DNA of 64,000 nucleotides from the NCBI GenBank assembly GCA_963762145.1, contig CAVXJS010000021.1, positions 928,001-992,000 on the forward strand. Direction: 5' to 3'. This document shows, piece after piece, positions 8,956 to 19,899 of this stretch. A model generated the notes under the pieces. That model was not told the DNA's origin, made no database searches, and was given only the letters and a program-made list of their open reading frames with translations. Source of the stretch: an uncultured Candidatus Rokubacteria bacterium. Its GTDB lineage: Bacteria > Methylomirabilota > Methylomirabilia > Rokubacteriales > CSP1-6. The stretch's first letter is position 1; every line of letters begins with the position of its first letter. The translations under genes and the position numbers were made by a program.

Positions 8956-10503
8956 TCAGTGGTCCGGCGAGTCCTGAAGGGCCTCGAACACGCGCCCGAT
9001 CGGCGGCTCCGGATACGTGTCCACCCGCACCACGCCCGGCTCGCCTTCAGGCGCTTCATAGCGCGCCCGGTGCTCCGGAAGCAACTCGAGGTGCCCATCC
9101 GAGATGTCGCCGGAGTCGGCAGTCCGGCGGGCAAGGCGTTCGGCGATGGCGCTGTCCGGCGTCTCGCACCAGAGCGTGGCGTGCGCCACGCCCAGGCGGT
9201 GGGCCACGCGCCGGGCTTCCGCGCGCTCGGCCGCCCTTGAAAAGGTTCCGTCGACGATGACCGTCCACCCGGCAACGACGACCTCGGCGGCGAGCTCGAG
9301 GGCCTTGGTATACGTGCGGTTGCTCATGTCGGATGTGTACAGCCCCTCCCCGAAGCCCGCGGTGGCTCGTTCGTGGATGCCGACCCCTCCCAGGCGCTTC
9401 CGGACGGCATCTGTACGGATCACGATGGCGCCGAGCCGCGCGGCCACTGCCCGCGCGACCGTACTCTTTCCGGACCCCATGACCCCGGAGGTGATCAGCA
9501 GGCGGGCGGGGTTACGCGGTTCGGCGAAGCGCCCAGCGAGCGCGAAAAGCGCGCGCGCGGCCGGGACGAGCTCGGGCCGCTCGGACAGCTGGAAAGCGAG
9601 CACCTTGGCGCGCACGAGCGCGCGGTAAGCTCGATAGAAATCGAGCAGCGGCACGACGCCGTAGTCGCCGGTCTCCTCGATGTACGCGTTGATGAACTCG
9701 ACGGCCAGCTCCGAGGCACCCAGCCGCTGCAGGTCCATAGCGAGGAAGGCGATCTCCCCGCCGGTATCCCCGAAACGGAAGCGCTCATTGAACTCGATAC
9801 AGTCGAAGATCTGGATCGGCTCGATGCAACAGACGTGCTGCGCCTGCAGATCGCCGTGGCAGTCACGGATCCGGCCTTCGGAGATTCGCGCCTCCAGCCG
9901 AGAGGCCTCGCGCGTCAAGAAGTCATCCACGTAGTCCCGCAGGGCCCGCCGTTGCTCGGGGGGCCAGAGATCTGCGGGAGTCTCGGCAGTCTGCGTGAAG
10001 CATTCGTCCCAGTTCCTCCGGATCGTGTCGAGACTTCCCATCTGGTCGATCCGCCCGCCCGTCTCCGCCTCGGCGTGGAAGCGCGCCACGGTCGCCGCGA
10101 CGGCGCGCACCTGCGCGGGCTCGGCCCGTCCGGCTACCACGAGCCGATCGAGCATGCGCTCGGCGGGCAGCCGCCGCATTTCCACGGCGACCTCGACGGT
10201 CGGGCCGAGGCCGCCGATCTGGATGCGAGGACGGGAGCCTTTGAGCGCGACCACCCCGAGGTAGGTGTCCGGAGCGAGCCGTCGATTGAGGCGCACCTCC
10301 TCCTGGCAAAAGTGGCGGCGCTGACGGAGCGTTCTGAAATCGAGGAAGCCCAGGTTGACCGGCTTCTTGACCTTGTACACACGCTCTCCCGCCAGGAACA
10401 CCCACGAGATGTGAGTTTCCACCAGCTCTACCCGGTCGACTGGGTGCGGGTAGGCGCCTGGCTCGCGAAGAGCCTTGACCAGCCACGGCGTCGACCTCGG
10501 CAT
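8956..10503 (-). CDS. Aminoglycoside-phosphotransferase-like + AAA_33 kinase bifunctional protein (Rv2004c-like)
   Basis: ETHISWVFL, RDCHGDL, FDCIEFNERFR, then a C-terminal P-loop GVMGSGKST. Confidence 0.9.
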   Translation of the reverse strand: MPRSTPWLVKALREPGAYPHPVDRVELVETHISWVFLAGERVYKVKKPVNLGFLDFRTLRQRRHFCQEEVRLNRRLAPDTYLGVVALKGSRPRIQIGGLGPTVEVAVEMRRLPAERMLDRLVVAGRAEPAQVRAVAATVARFHAEAETGGRIDQMGSLDTIRRNWDECFTQTAETPADLWPPEQRRALRDYVDDFLTREASRLEARISEGRIRDCHGDLQAQHVCCIEPIQIFDCIEFNERFRFGDTGGEIAFLAMDLQRLGASELAVEFINAYIEETGDYGVVPLLDFYRAYRALVRAKVLAFQLSERPELVPAARALFALAGRFAEPRNPARLLITSGVMGSGKSTVARAVAARLGAIVIRTDAVRKRLGGVGIHERATAGFGEGLYTSDMSNRTYTKALELAAEVVVAGWTVIVDGTFSRAAERAEARRVAHRLGVAHATLWCETPDSAIAERLARRTADSGDISDGHLELLPEHRARYEAPEGEPGVVRVDTYPEPPIGRVFEALQDSPDH

Positions 10504-10534
10504 GGCGGTACCTACGCCTGCTCGGCGTACCCGA

Positions 10535-11008
10535 TCACCTTCGACGGCGGGGTACCGTCACGACGGGACACGGGGCAGTGCGAATGACCCGTTCGGCGAC
10601 ACTCCCGAGGAGCAGCCGCGGTAACCCGGTTCGTCCGTGCGTCCCCAGCACCACCATGGCGGCGCGCTCCTTTCTTGCTGCCCGCACGATCGCGGAAGCC
10701 GGCGCGCCAGCTTCGAGGCGCTTGGAGACGCGAAGCCCATCACGGCGCGCCCTAGCCGCTAGCCGCTCGAGCCCGCGCTCGGTGGTCGTTATCGTCGTGG
10801 CCCGTAGCCTATCGACAATCGCCCCGGATGCCGGGAAGGCCAGCGGCATCATGCGCGTCCCCATCCCCATCGCGAGGGGTGCGACGCTTTCGTAGGCGTG
10901 GAATAGGATGAGACGGGCGCCCAACCTCTTGGCCAGGACGCGCGCCATCGTGAACGCCGATCGGGAGGCGGGGGAAAAATCCGACGCGTGCAGAATGCGC
11001 TTCAACAT
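10535..11008 (-). CDS. Universal stress protein
   Basis: KRILHASDFS...GTHGRTGLPRLLLGSVAERV; AGGAG RBS. Confidence 0.93.
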   Translation of the reverse strand: MLKRILHASDFSPASRSAFTMARVLAKRLGARLILFHAYESVAPLAMGMGTRMMPLAFPASGAIVDRLRATTITTTERGLERLAARARRDGLRVSKRLEAGAPASAIVRAARKERAAMVVLGTHGRTGLPRLLLGSVAERVIRTAPCPVVTVPRRRR

Positions 11009-11074
11009 ACTCAGTCTCCTTTTCACAGGCATGACACGCCGGGGAGGTTGGGCTGAGCGCCGCGACCACGGTGG

Positions 11075-12590
11075 TCAGACGGGTTGTTGCGGACGCTTCG
11101 GGTCTGGCCAGTCCACGTGGAAGAACTTCCCTCGCGGCGCGTCCACTCGCTCGTAGGTGTGGGCGCCGAAGTAGTCGCGCTGGGCCTGGAGGAGGTTGGC
11201 GGGGAGCCGGGCCGATCGGTAGCCGTCGAAGTAGGACAGCGCGCTACTGAAGGCGGGCACTGGGATGCCGTGCCGCACCGCGAGCGCCACGACCTCGCGC
11301 CAGGGTTCCTGGCCCGCGGCGAGCGCCTTCTTGAAGTAGGGGTCGAGCATCAGATTCACGAGGCCGGGGTCGCGGCGGTAGGCCTCGGTGATCTTCTGGA
11401 GGAAGCGCGCGCGGATGATGCAGCCGCCGCGCCAGATGGCGGCGATGGTGCCGAAGTCGAGCGTCCAGTTGTATTCCTTCTGCGCCTCCGCCATGAGCTG
11501 GAAGCCCTGGGCATACGCGCAGATCTTCGAGCAGTAGAGCGCGCGGCGCACCGCCTCGACCAGCTTGGGCTTGGAGCCGCGGTACGCGCGTCGGCGGCCC
11601 CTTGAGCTTCTTGGCGCCGCGACGCGCTCCTCCTTCAACGCCGAGAGACAGCGCGCGAACACGGCCTCGGCGATGGCGTTGGCCGGGATGCCCATGTCGA
11701 GCGCGTTCACGCTCGTCCACTTGCCCGTGCCCTTCTGGCCTGCGGCGTCGAGCACCGCGTCCACGAAGAAGCGCGTCGGCCGGGCCGGGTCGCGCTGCTT
11801 GAGGATGTCGGCGGTGATCTCGATCAGATAGGAGTCCAGGTCGCTTCTGGTTCCACTCGCTGAAGACCTCGGAGAGCCGGTCGGGCTTCATGCCGCCGAG
11901 CGTGGTGAGGAGGTGATAGGCCTCCGAGATGAGCTGCATGTCGATGTACTCGATCCCGTTGTGGACCATCTTCACGTAGTGGCCCGCGCCGTTGGGGCCG
12001 ATGTACGCGGTGCAGGGCTCGCCGCCGGTCACCGGCTTGCCGGGCGCCCAGTCTTCCAGCGGCTTGCCCGTCTTGGGATCCACCTTGGCGGCGATGGCCT
12101 CCCAGATCGGGCGCAGGTGCTCCCACGAGGCCGGATGCCCGCCCGGCATGAGCGAGGGCCCGAAGCGCGCGCCCACTTCGCCGCCGCTGACGCCCGAGCC
12201 GAAGAAGCGGCAGTTGTCGGCATACTGCTTCTCGCGGCGGATGGTGTCGGTCCAGAGACTATTGCCGCAGTCCACCACGATGTCGTCGGGCTCGACGCCC
12301 GCGCCGAGGAGCTGTTCGACGACGGCGTCCACCGGCGGCCCCGCCTTCACCAGGATGAGGATCTTGCGCGGCTTCTTGAGCGCGGCGACGAAGTCGGGCA
12401 ACGCGGCGGCCCCCACGAGTCCGCCCGGCGTATCCCCGTGCCCGGCCACGAACTTCTCCATGACCGCGGTCGTTCGGTTGTAGACGGCGACCTGGTAGCC
12501 GTGGTCGGCGATGTTCAGCGCGAGGTTCTCGCCCATCACGGCGAGTCCGATCAGTCCGACGTCGGCGCTGGCGCGAGCGGCTGTCGTCAT
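11075..12590 (-). CDS. gnd: NADP-dependent 6-phosphogluconate dehydrogenase (one frameshift near 11840)
   Basis: [15 protein letters not shown] and KMVHNGIEY in ORF 11244-12599; GQKGTGKWT...[14 protein letters not shown] in ORF 11075-11764. Confidence 0.95.
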
Positions 12591-12600
12591 GGGCCTCACT

Positions 12601-15327
12601 CTACCTCAACCGCAGGAGCTTCACGATCTCGACCACCGCGACCGGCGCCAGAGAGCACGTGGCGACGACGGCTAGCTCCGCCGCAGTGAGTGGGACCGTG
12701 CGGAGCACGGTTTGCAGGAACGGCCAGTAGACCGCCGCGAGCTGGAGGATCAGGCACGCCAGGACCGCCGCCCAGAGCCAGCCGTTCGTGAACGGCCGGG
12801 TGAACGCCGACCGCCGCTGCGACCGGGCGTTGAAGGCGTGGAAGACCTGGGCCAGGGCCAGCGTCATGAAGGCCATCGTGACCGCGCGCCGCAGCGCCTC
12901 GCCCTCGGTGCCGTACCAGCGCAGGCCGACGAAGAAGGCGGCGAGCGTCACCCCGGCCAGCAGCAGGCCCTGCCAGACGATCAGCCCGACGAAGTGCGGG
13001 GTCACCAGCGACTGCCGCGGGTCGCGGGGCGGCTGCTTCATGACGCCGGGCGCCGACGGCTCCAGCGCGAGGGCCATGGCCGGGAAGACGTCGGTGACCA
13101 GGTTGAGCCACAGGATCTGAAGGGCCGCCAGCGGCAACGGCCAGCCGAGCATGATCGCGGCGAACACCACCAGGATCTCGGACAGGTTGCACGAGAAGAG
13201 GTAGTGGATGAACCGGAGGATGTTCGCGTAGATGATCCGGCCCTGCTCGACGGCGACGACGATGGTGGCGAAGTTGTCGTCGGTGATGACCATGTCCGCC
13301 GCCTCCTTGGCCACCTCCGTCCCCTTGATGCCCATCGCCACGCCGATGTCCGCCTTCTTCAGCGCCGGCGCGTCGTTCACCCCGTCGCCGGTCATGGCGA
13401 CGATCTCGCCCCGGCTCTGGAGCGCCTCGACGATTCTCAGCTTGTGCTCCGGCGAGACGCGGGCGAACACCGAAGCTCCGGCCGCGACCCGTTGCCAGCC
13501 CGGACCGTCCAGCGCGGCCAGCTCCCGGCCGTGCACGGTCTGCAGCGGCCGGCCCCGCGCGTCGCGGTCGATCCCGAGCTGCCGGCCGATCTCGGCGGCG
13601 GTCGCCGGCTGGTCCCCGGTGATCATCACCGTCCGGATGCCGGCCTGCCGGCAGGTCGCGATCGCGGCCTTCGCCTCGTCGCGCAGCGGGTCGATCATGC
13701 CGACCAGCCCGACGAAGACGAGGTCCCGGGCCGCCTCGCGTTCGTCGTAGCCCTCGGGCAGCTCCCGGTACGCGAGGGCCAGCACGCGCAGCGCGCTGCC
13801 CGCGAGCTCCTCGTTGACGGCCAGTACCCGGTCGCGGTCTTCCGGCGTGAGCGGGCTCTCCCCCGCGACGGTGAAGCGCCGCCGGCTCGCCTCGAGCACG
13901 ACCCGCGGCGCCCCCTTGACGTAGGCGACGGTCGTGCCTTCGGGCGTGCGGTGGACCGTCACCATGCGCTGCGCTTCGCTGCTGAAGGGGATCTCGCCGA
14001 TTCGGGGCTGGTCGCGATTCAGCGCGGTCTGCTCCAGCCCGGCCTTCGCGGCGGCGACGATCAAGGCCGCCTCGGTCGGGTCCCCGAGGACGGCGGCGCG
14101 GCCGTCGACGCGGTCGACCGTCGCGTCGCTGCACAGGGCGCCGATCCGGAGGGCCAGGGCGAGGTGCTCGTCGCGGCCGGGATCGACGCGTTGGCCCGCG
14201 ACCCGAAACTCGCCGGACGCGGCGTATCCGCTGCCGGTGACCTCGACCCGCCGGTCCCCGAGCTGGAGCGCGCGGACCGTCATCTCGTTCTGGGTCAGGG
14301 TACCGGTCTTGTCGGTGCAGATCACCGTGGTCGAGCCCAGGGTCTCGACGGCCGGCAGCCGGCGGACGAGGACGCGCATGCCGGCCATGCGCTGCATCCC
14401 CAGGGCCAGCGTCATGGTCGTGACGGCCAGCAGCCCCTCGGGCACCGCGGCGATGGCCAGCGAGATGCCGACCTCCAGCATGTAGAGGAACGGATGGCCG
14501 CGCAGCCAGCCCGCCAGGACGATCACGAGGCCGAGCGCCAGGACGACGCCGACCAGCGCGCGACCGAGCTGGGCCAGCTTCCGCTCGAGCGGCGTGTCCT
14601 GGTCGCCGGCCTCCTCGATCAGGGTGCCGATCTTGCCGACCTCGCTGCGCATGCCGGTGGCGGTGACGATCATCCGGCCCCGCCCGTCCGTCACCGTCGT
14701 GCCCATGAAGACCATGTTCCGCCGGTCGGCGACCGGCACGTTCCCGTCCGGGATCGGGTCGGTGGTCTTGGTGACCGGCTGGGACTCGCCGGTCAAGGCG
14801 GCCTCTTCGGCCTGCAGCCGCACGCTCACGATGACGCGCCCGTCCGCGGGCACCCGCGCGCCGGCGTCGAGGACGACGACGTCGCCAGGCACGAGCTCGG
14901 CGGCGGGGACCTGATGCTCCTGGCCATCGCGGATGACATGCGCCACCGCCGAGATCTGCTTCCGGAGGGCGGTGAGGGCCTGCTCCGCCTTCCACTCGGT
15001 CAGGAAGCCGACGAGCGCGTTCAGGATGATCACGACGACGATGGCGGCCGCCTCGATGCCCTCGCCCAAGGCGAGGGCCACCACGGTCGCCGCTAGCAGC
15101 AGGACCACGATGAGGCTCTTGAACTGATCGACGAGGATCGCAAGAAGCGACCGCGCCGCTTTCTCGGTCAGCGCGTTGGGGCCGTACCGCTCGAGGCGGC
15201 GGGCCGCCTCGACGCCGCTCAAGCCGCGCTCGGGTTCTGTGTGGATACGCCGGCTCACCTCGTCAGCGGGCAGCGCGTGCCACGCTTCGGCGTTCTCGGG
15301 AACGGGCGCCCTCAGTGGCGCGGTCAC
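12601..15327 (-). CDS. Cation-transporting P-type ATPase (P2A, CtpF-like)
   Basis: [29 protein letters not shown] start overlaps the upstream USP stop. Confidence 0.95.
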   Translation of the reverse strand: MTAPLRAPVPENAEAWHALPADEVSRRIHTEPERGLSGVEAARRLERYGPNALTEKAARSLLAILVDQFKSLIVVLLLAATVVALALGEGIEAAAIVVVIILNALVGFLTEWKAEQALTALRKQISAVAHVIRDGQEHQVPAAELVPGDVVVLDAGARVPADGRVIVSVRLQAEEAALTGESQPVTKTTDPIPDGNVPVADRRNMVFMGTTVTDGRGRMIVTATGMRSEVGKIGTLIEEAGDQDTPLERKLAQLGRALVGVVLALGLVIVLAGWLRGHPFLYMLEVGISLAIAAVPEGLLAVTTMTLALGMQRMAGMRVLVRRLPAVETLGSTTVICTDKTGTLTQNEMTVRALQLGDRRVEVTGSGYAASGEFRVAGQRVDPGRDEHLALALRIGALCSDATVDRVDGRAAVLGDPTEAALIVAAAKAGLEQTALNRDQPRIGEIPFSSEAQRMVTVHRTPEGTTVAYVKGAPRVVLEASRRRFTVAGESPLTPEDRDRVLAVNEELAGSALRVLALAYRELPEGYDEREAARDLVFVGLVGMIDPLRDEAKAAIATCRQAGIRTVMITGDQPATAAEIGRQLGIDRDARGRPLQTVHGRELAALDGPGWQRVAAGASVFARVSPEHKLRIVEALQSRGEIVAMTGDGVNDAPALKKADIGVAMGIKGTEVAKEAADMVITDDNFATIVVAVEQGRIIYANILRFIHYLFSCNLSEILVVFAAIMLGWPLPLAALQILWLNLVTDVFPAMALALEPSAPGVMKQPPRDPRQSLVTPHFVGLIVWQGLLLAGVTLAAFFVGLRWYGTEGEALRRAVTMAFMTLALAQVFHAFNARSQRRSAFTRPFTNGWLWAAVLACLILQLAAVYWPFLQTVLRTVPLTAAELAVVATCSLAPVAVVEIVKLLRLR

Positions 15328-16232
15328 TTCACGAGGAGCACCGGCACCGGTGAGTGATCGAGAACCCCTTCGGCCACGCTGCCCAGCAGGAGTCGCGCGA
15401 GGCCGCCCGTGCCTCGGGCGCCGACCACGAGCAGATCTGCCCGGGAGGCGGTCACTTCTTGGAGCAGCTCGACCAGCGGCACGCCTTCTCGCACGACGCC
15501 GCGAGCGCGCCACCCGGCCCGCTTCAACAGGACCGCGGCTCCCGCGACCTCGCGGCGCGCCTTTCTGGTACGCTCGGCATTCAGGCTCGCGGCCGACGCA
15601 AGTACCGCTCGGCGAACCGGAGCAGGAAACAAGGCCCGCGTTCGAGGGAGCACCGGCTCCAGGATCTGGATCACCTTGACGCGCGCGCCGGCCGGTGGCT
15701 CGAGCCGGGCGAGTAAGAAGCCCAGCGCCCGGCTCGCGTTGCGGGATCCATCGGTCGCGAGGACCACCCGTCTGATTCGACGTCGGCGGCCCTTGACCAC
15801 CAGCACCGGGCAGCCCGCTCGGCGAACTACGCCTCGTGACACGCTGCCAAGCATCAGCCGGCGCGCAAATCCGAGCCCTCGGGATCCGACTACGATCACA
15901 CCCGCTCGGCGACGCCGCGCCTCTGCGATGATCGCTTCGATAGGCGGCGTGTTCATCGCGGAGACTGTCATGTCAGGCCAGCGATGACGGACAATGCGCC
16001 GCGTCCGCGATATCTCGCGCTTGAGAGCCCGTTTAGGGGCATCCGAAATGCCCGCGACCCAGATCTCAGCTGGCCACGGCCCGAGTGGGATACCCCCCCG
16101 CGCCAGCACCATGTGCGCCGTCGTGGTACCTGCCCACGGGACCGAGCCGGCGAAGGCGAGCGCAGCATGCGCTTGGCGCGATCCGTCCGTGGTCAGGAGC
16201 ACGGTGAGCCGCGCCGACCGCTTCCGGTTCAT
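15324..16232 (-). CDS. Tandem two-domain universal stress protein
   Basis: Two USP repeats (TTDGS...GSRG..GSVS; ATDGS...GARG..GSVA). Confidence 0.93.
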   Translation of the reverse strand: MNRKRSARLTVLLTTDGSRQAHAALAFAGSVPWAGTTTAHMVLARGGIPLGPWPAEIWVAGISDAPKRALKREISRTRRIVRHRWPDMTVSAMNTPPIEAIIAEARRRRAGVIVVGSRGLGFARRLMLGSVSRGVVRRAGCPVLVVKGRRRRIRRVVLATDGSRNASRALGFLLARLEPPAGARVKVIQILEPVLPRTRALFPAPVRRAVLASAASLNAERTRKARREVAGAAVLLKRAGWRARGVVREGVPLVELLQEVTASRADLLVVGARGTGGLARLLLGSVAEGVLDHSPVPVLLVK

Positions 16233-16537
16233 CTCGCCTCTCCGTATGTCTCGACCGTCTCCAAAAGCCGGCCGACCTCGGGGTTCGCGTAAGGTCCGAA
16301 TGCGTCCACCAGCAAGCCCTTCGTTCCGCTGCCAGTCTCGATCGCGCACACGATCGACGCGTCGTCAGGATCCGACACGCCCTCGAACCGCTGATACTCC
16401 CGTATCGTGATGTCTTCCGCGTCGAACGCACGTCCGCTTCCGAGAGCACGGAGCTGACCGTCTCTCACGTCGAAGCGCTCCACGAACCCACGCTCCTTCA
16501 ATTCCTCGATGACCCGGTCCAGCGTCCGGTATGCCAT
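16229..16537 (-). CDS. Conserved hypothetical protein (RFEGxSDPDD family)
   Basis: Motif RFEGVSDPDDASIVCAIE...KGLLVDAFGPY; translationally coupled to the downstream USP. Confidence 0.8.
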   Translation of the reverse strand: MAYRTLDRVIEELKERGFVERFDVRDGQLRALGSGRAFDAEDITIREYQRFEGVSDPDDASIVCAIETGSGTKGLLVDAFGPYANPEVGRLLETVETYGEAR

Positions 16538-16581
16538 GGCTCGGCCACCTTCCTTTCTCTCGAGACACCCACCTCGAGACC

Positions 16582-17094
16582 TCACGCGCCAATCGCTTCA
16601 AGAGACGTCGTGTTGACCGCGGTTTCCGCAAGCTGGGCAAGAGTCCAGATCAGATCTCGCCTGTCGCCGGCGGTTTCCTGGTGGAGTTCATTCAGCAGAC
16701 CCGCCACGCTAGCATGCTCGCGTGCTACGGCATGCGCATCCGCCAAACACGCTTCACTCATGCTGCTGAGCTCCGACACGCCGGCGCGCAACCGTTCGCC
16801 CGCCGTCATCGAGAGTGGACCGGTCCTCGTCGCCGGCTCGGTCATCGGGTACCCCAATTCTTCGAGCACTCGCCGAATGCGCTGCGCTCTCCCCCGCGCG
16901 CGCTCCGCAGCGTCGAGGACCCGGGCTCGCGGATTTGGATACCGGGTCAGAGACTCGGCACCTTGCGTAAGGCCGTGCGCCAGCCGGATCTCGGTCGCGT
17001 AGTGCCCGGCCAGCCGCTCCGCGATGTCAGGCGACGCCGGCGCCAGCGTCGCCAGCAACCGGCACCACCACGAGCGGTTGACGTTCCGCAGCAT
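16582..17094 (-). CDS. Hypothetical protein, ferritin-like four-helix pattern
   Basis: Helical ORF co-oriented with the operon. The fold is only suggested by the sequence pattern. Confidence 0.55.
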   Translation of the reverse strand: MLRNVNRSWWCRLLATLAPASPDIAERLAGHYATEIRLAHGLTQGAESLTRYPNPRARVLDAAERARGRAQRIRRVLEELGYPMTEPATRTGPLSMTAGERLRAGVSELSSMSEACLADAHAVAREHASVAGLLNELHQETAGDRRDLIWTLAQLAETAVNTTSLEAIGA

Positions 17095-17225
17095 CAGCCT
17101 CCTGAATGCTCTCACAGAGCCGCCCAGTGCCACCCTACGCGCCGCTCCCCATTGGATCCATTAGAAAGATCGTCACGCTCGCATAGATCAAGCCGAAACG
17201 TGACCCTCGATCATGGAGCTGCTCG

Positions 17226-17253
17226 TTGCGTCTTGTCCAGGCGCTCCTACAAT
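17226..17253 (+). promoter_or_regulatory. Sigma70-type promoter upstream of the sucA remnant
   Basis: TTGCGT-N16-TACAAT. Confidence 0.5.
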
Positions 17254-17272
17254 ACGAGCGCATCCGCAGGCC

Positions 17273-17602
17273 ATGGACACCTTCGACTCCATCGCGCGCG
17301 CCAATCCGGAATACGTCGAGGCGCTGTACCGCCGGTACCGGGCGGACCCGCGTTCCGTGGACGAGAGATGGGCACTCGTCTTTGCGGGTTACAACTTCGC
17401 CCTCGCGGCTGGCTCGAGCGCGAGCGGGAGGACGTCACCGCCGGTGGCCGATCTCGTCCACTCCTACCGCGAGTTGGGCCATCTGATCGCCGACGTGGAT
17501 CCGCTCGATCGCTCGCCCCACCGTCATCCGCTCCTCGAGCTCGGCGAGTTCGGCTTCGAGGAAGCGGACCTGGATTGCGTTCGCCGCCGCCAACGCCGGT
17601 GA
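17273..17602 (+). pseudogene. sucA: 2-oxoglutarate dehydrogenase E1, N-terminal fragment only
   Basis: NPEYVEALYRRYRADPRSVDERW..F.G and LVHSYRELGHLIADVDPL. Homology ends at about 100 aa of a ~900-aa protein. Confidence 0.85.
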
Positions 17603-17702
17603 CGCCATCCGCGACCCGCTGATCAGCGCCGTCAGCACACCCGGATGCGTTCTAGCCAGAGCAGCAGATACGTGCCAGCCAGAAGAGCAGATACCTATGC
17701 GC

Positions 17703-17774
17703 CTAGAACAGCACGATCAACAGTAGGAAGCCGAGGATGAACAGCACCGTACCCTGCCGTAGCTTCCTGTCCAC
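17703..17774 (-). CDS. Putative 23-aa single-helix membrane peptide MDRKLRQGTVLFILGFLLLIVLF
   Basis: GTG start with AAGGA 6 nt upstream; basic N-terminus plus an uninterrupted hydrophobic stretch; TAG stop. Confidence 0.4.
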   Translation of the reverse strand: MDRKLRQGTVLFILGFLLLIVLF

Positions 17775-17860
17775 AGCCAGTCCTTACACCCACGCAAGAC
17801 ACCTGCGCAAGGGGCGCCGGCGAACCGTGAATGGTAGCGCGCCAGTCGAGACGTCGCGCC

Positions 17861-18472
17861 TCAGTACCCGACCGTGAACCGACGTCGGCTGTGTGTGGGT
17901 CGCTCAAGCTCATCGACCATCGCGATGGCGAAATCCTCCATCGAGATCCAGCTCTTGCCCTTGTCGTCGACGAGAAGCTGATCACCGCCAAGCCGGAACA
18001 CTCCGGTCCGCTCGCCCGGCGCGAACTCCGCGGATGGCGATAGGAAGGTCCAATCGAGCACGTCCTCTCGCCGCAGTGCGGTGAGGAACTCGCTGCCCGC
18101 GCTGGCCTCCGGCTTGAACGCGGGCGGGAAACCAGGCGCATCCTTCAGCGCGTAGCCGGGAGCCACTTCGAGGCTGCCCGATCCGCCCACGACGAGGAGC
18201 CGCTTGACGCCCGCCTTCTTGACCGCGTCGACCAGAGCCGTCGCGTCCGACGTCTGGAATCGGGAGGCGCTCACCACCGCGTCATGGCCCGCAAGCAGCG
18301 GCGCGAGCGCCGGAGCAGCCGTCGCGTCCCCCGCTTTCACCACGAGGCCATCGCGGACTCCGACTTTGTTGACGTTGCGTGCGATTCCGGTGACTGCATG
18401 TCCTCGCTTAAGGAGCTCTGCCGCCAATCTCGACCCGACGCGTCCACTAATACCGATCAACGCAACTTTCAT
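17861..18472 (-). CDS. NAD(P)-binding Rossmann oxidoreductase (NADH-flavin reductase-like)
   Basis: KVALIGISGRVG, RLLVVGGSGSL, DWTFLSPS, ISMEDFAIA; AGGAGG RBS. Confidence 0.9.
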   Translation of the reverse strand: MKVALIGISGRVGSRLAAELLKRGHAVTGIARNVNKVGVRDGLVVKAGDATAAPALAPLLAGHDAVVSASRFQTSDATALVDAVKKAGVKRLLVVGGSGSLEVAPGYALKDAPGFPPAFKPEASAGSEFLTALRREDVLDWTFLSPSAEFAPGERTGVFRLGGDQLLVDDKGKSWISMEDFAIAMVDELERPTHSRRRFTVGY

Positions 18473-18756
18473 GATGTCCTCCTGTCTCGCTTCCTCTGGG
18501 TGACCGCCCGGCCCATCAGTCTACTCCCGCGGTGTCGTCGCCAGGGGCGCCCGAGGCGCTGTTCGTAGCGTCCAAGCGCTGTTACAATGCGGGCGCACCG
18601 CGGACCGCGCGCGCGACGCGCCGGGATGGCGGCAGCAGGCAGGGCTCATTCAGACGGTGAAAACGTGAGACCGTTCACCTCCCCGGCGACTTTAGGCGCA
18701 GCGGCGGCCTTCGTCGGTCGCCGTCGCGCCGGGATCGTTTCCTAGAAATCCCGGCC

Positions 18757-19855
18757 GTGATCGTTCCCTACCTCGCGCTGCCCCTGGCAATCGGTCTGCC
18801 ACTTGTCGCCGGCACGACGCTCGCCGCGATCGCCGGCCGGCGCTCGGGCCGGGCCGCGGCGTGGGCGCTCGCGGTGGTGACCACGGCCGCGCTCGGGATC
18901 GTCCTCGCCTCCGCGCCCGCGGTGCTCGCGGGCCAGCCGGTCGCGGTGAGCTGGCCCTGGGTCCCCGGGGTCGGCCTCAGCCTCTCACTCCGGCTCGACG
19001 GGCTCGCCCTGCTCTTCGCGGGCCTGATCCTTAGCATCGGCCTGCTCGTCATCCTCTATGCGCGCTACTACCTCGGCCCCGCCGACCCGCCCGGAAGATT
19101 CTACGCCCGGCTCGCGCTCTTCATGGCTGCGATGCTCGGGATCGTGCTCGCCGACAACCTCCTGCTCTTCGCGGTGTTCTGGGAGCTGACGAGCCTGGCG
19201 TCATTCCTCCTGATCGGCTACTGGCAGCACCGCGCCGACGCCCGCGAAGGCGCGCGGATGGCCCTGGCCGTGACGAGCGCCGGCGGCCTCGCCATGCTCG
19301 CGGGCTTCTTCCTGATCGGCGAGACCTCCGGAAGCTACGAGATTTCCGCGATCGTGGCCGTCGCCGACCAGGTGCGCGCCGATCCGCGCTACCCGGTCGC
19401 CCTCATCCTGATCCTGGTGGGCGCCTTCACGAAGAGCGCCCAGTTCCCGTTCCACTTCTGGCTGCCCGCGGCCATGGCGGCGCCGACGCCGGTGTCGGCT
19501 TATCTGCACTCGGTGACCCTGGTGACGGCGGGGATCTTCCTGATCGCCCGCCTCTACCCGGTCCTGGGCGGAACCCCGCTCTTCACGTACGTGGTCACGA
19601 CGGTCGGACTCGTCACGTTCGTGTTCGGAGCCTACGTGGCGGTGTTCAAGCACGACCTCAAGGGGCTCCTCGCCTACTCGACGATGAGCCATCTCGGCCT
19701 GATCACCTTCATCATCGGCCTCGACTCGCCCCTCTCGAACGTGGCCGCGGTTTTCCACATCGGCAACCACGCGACCTTCAAGGCGTCGCTCTTCATGGCC
19801 GCCGGGATCATCGAGCACGAGGCCGGCACGCGCGACATGCGGCGGATGAACGGGC
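18757..19855 (+). pseudogene. mrpA: Mrp/Pha Na+(K+)/H+ antiporter subunit A, 3'-truncated
   Basis: FWELTS, TKSAQFPFHFWLPAAMAAPTPVSAYLHS, HATFKASLFM. Homology stops after GTRDMRRMNG, and no other mrp subunits follow. Confidence 0.85.
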
Positions 19856-19899
19856 GAACAACGAACTTCGGCAATGCGTGCAACACGAGCTCACAAGCG

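Noticed and set aside
11824-11860. Programmed frameshifting in gnd and other split genes
   Set aside because: No slippery heptamer is evident and the pattern matches scattered indel errors.
12596-15096. Long overlapping Arg/Pro/Gly-rich ORFs here and throughout the window
   Set aside because: They are shadow frames expected at this GC content, with no motifs.
17649-17710. GTTCTAG/CTAGAAC as an integron attC site
   Set aside because: The order is GTT...AAC rather than AAC...GTT, with no long palindrome and no intI.
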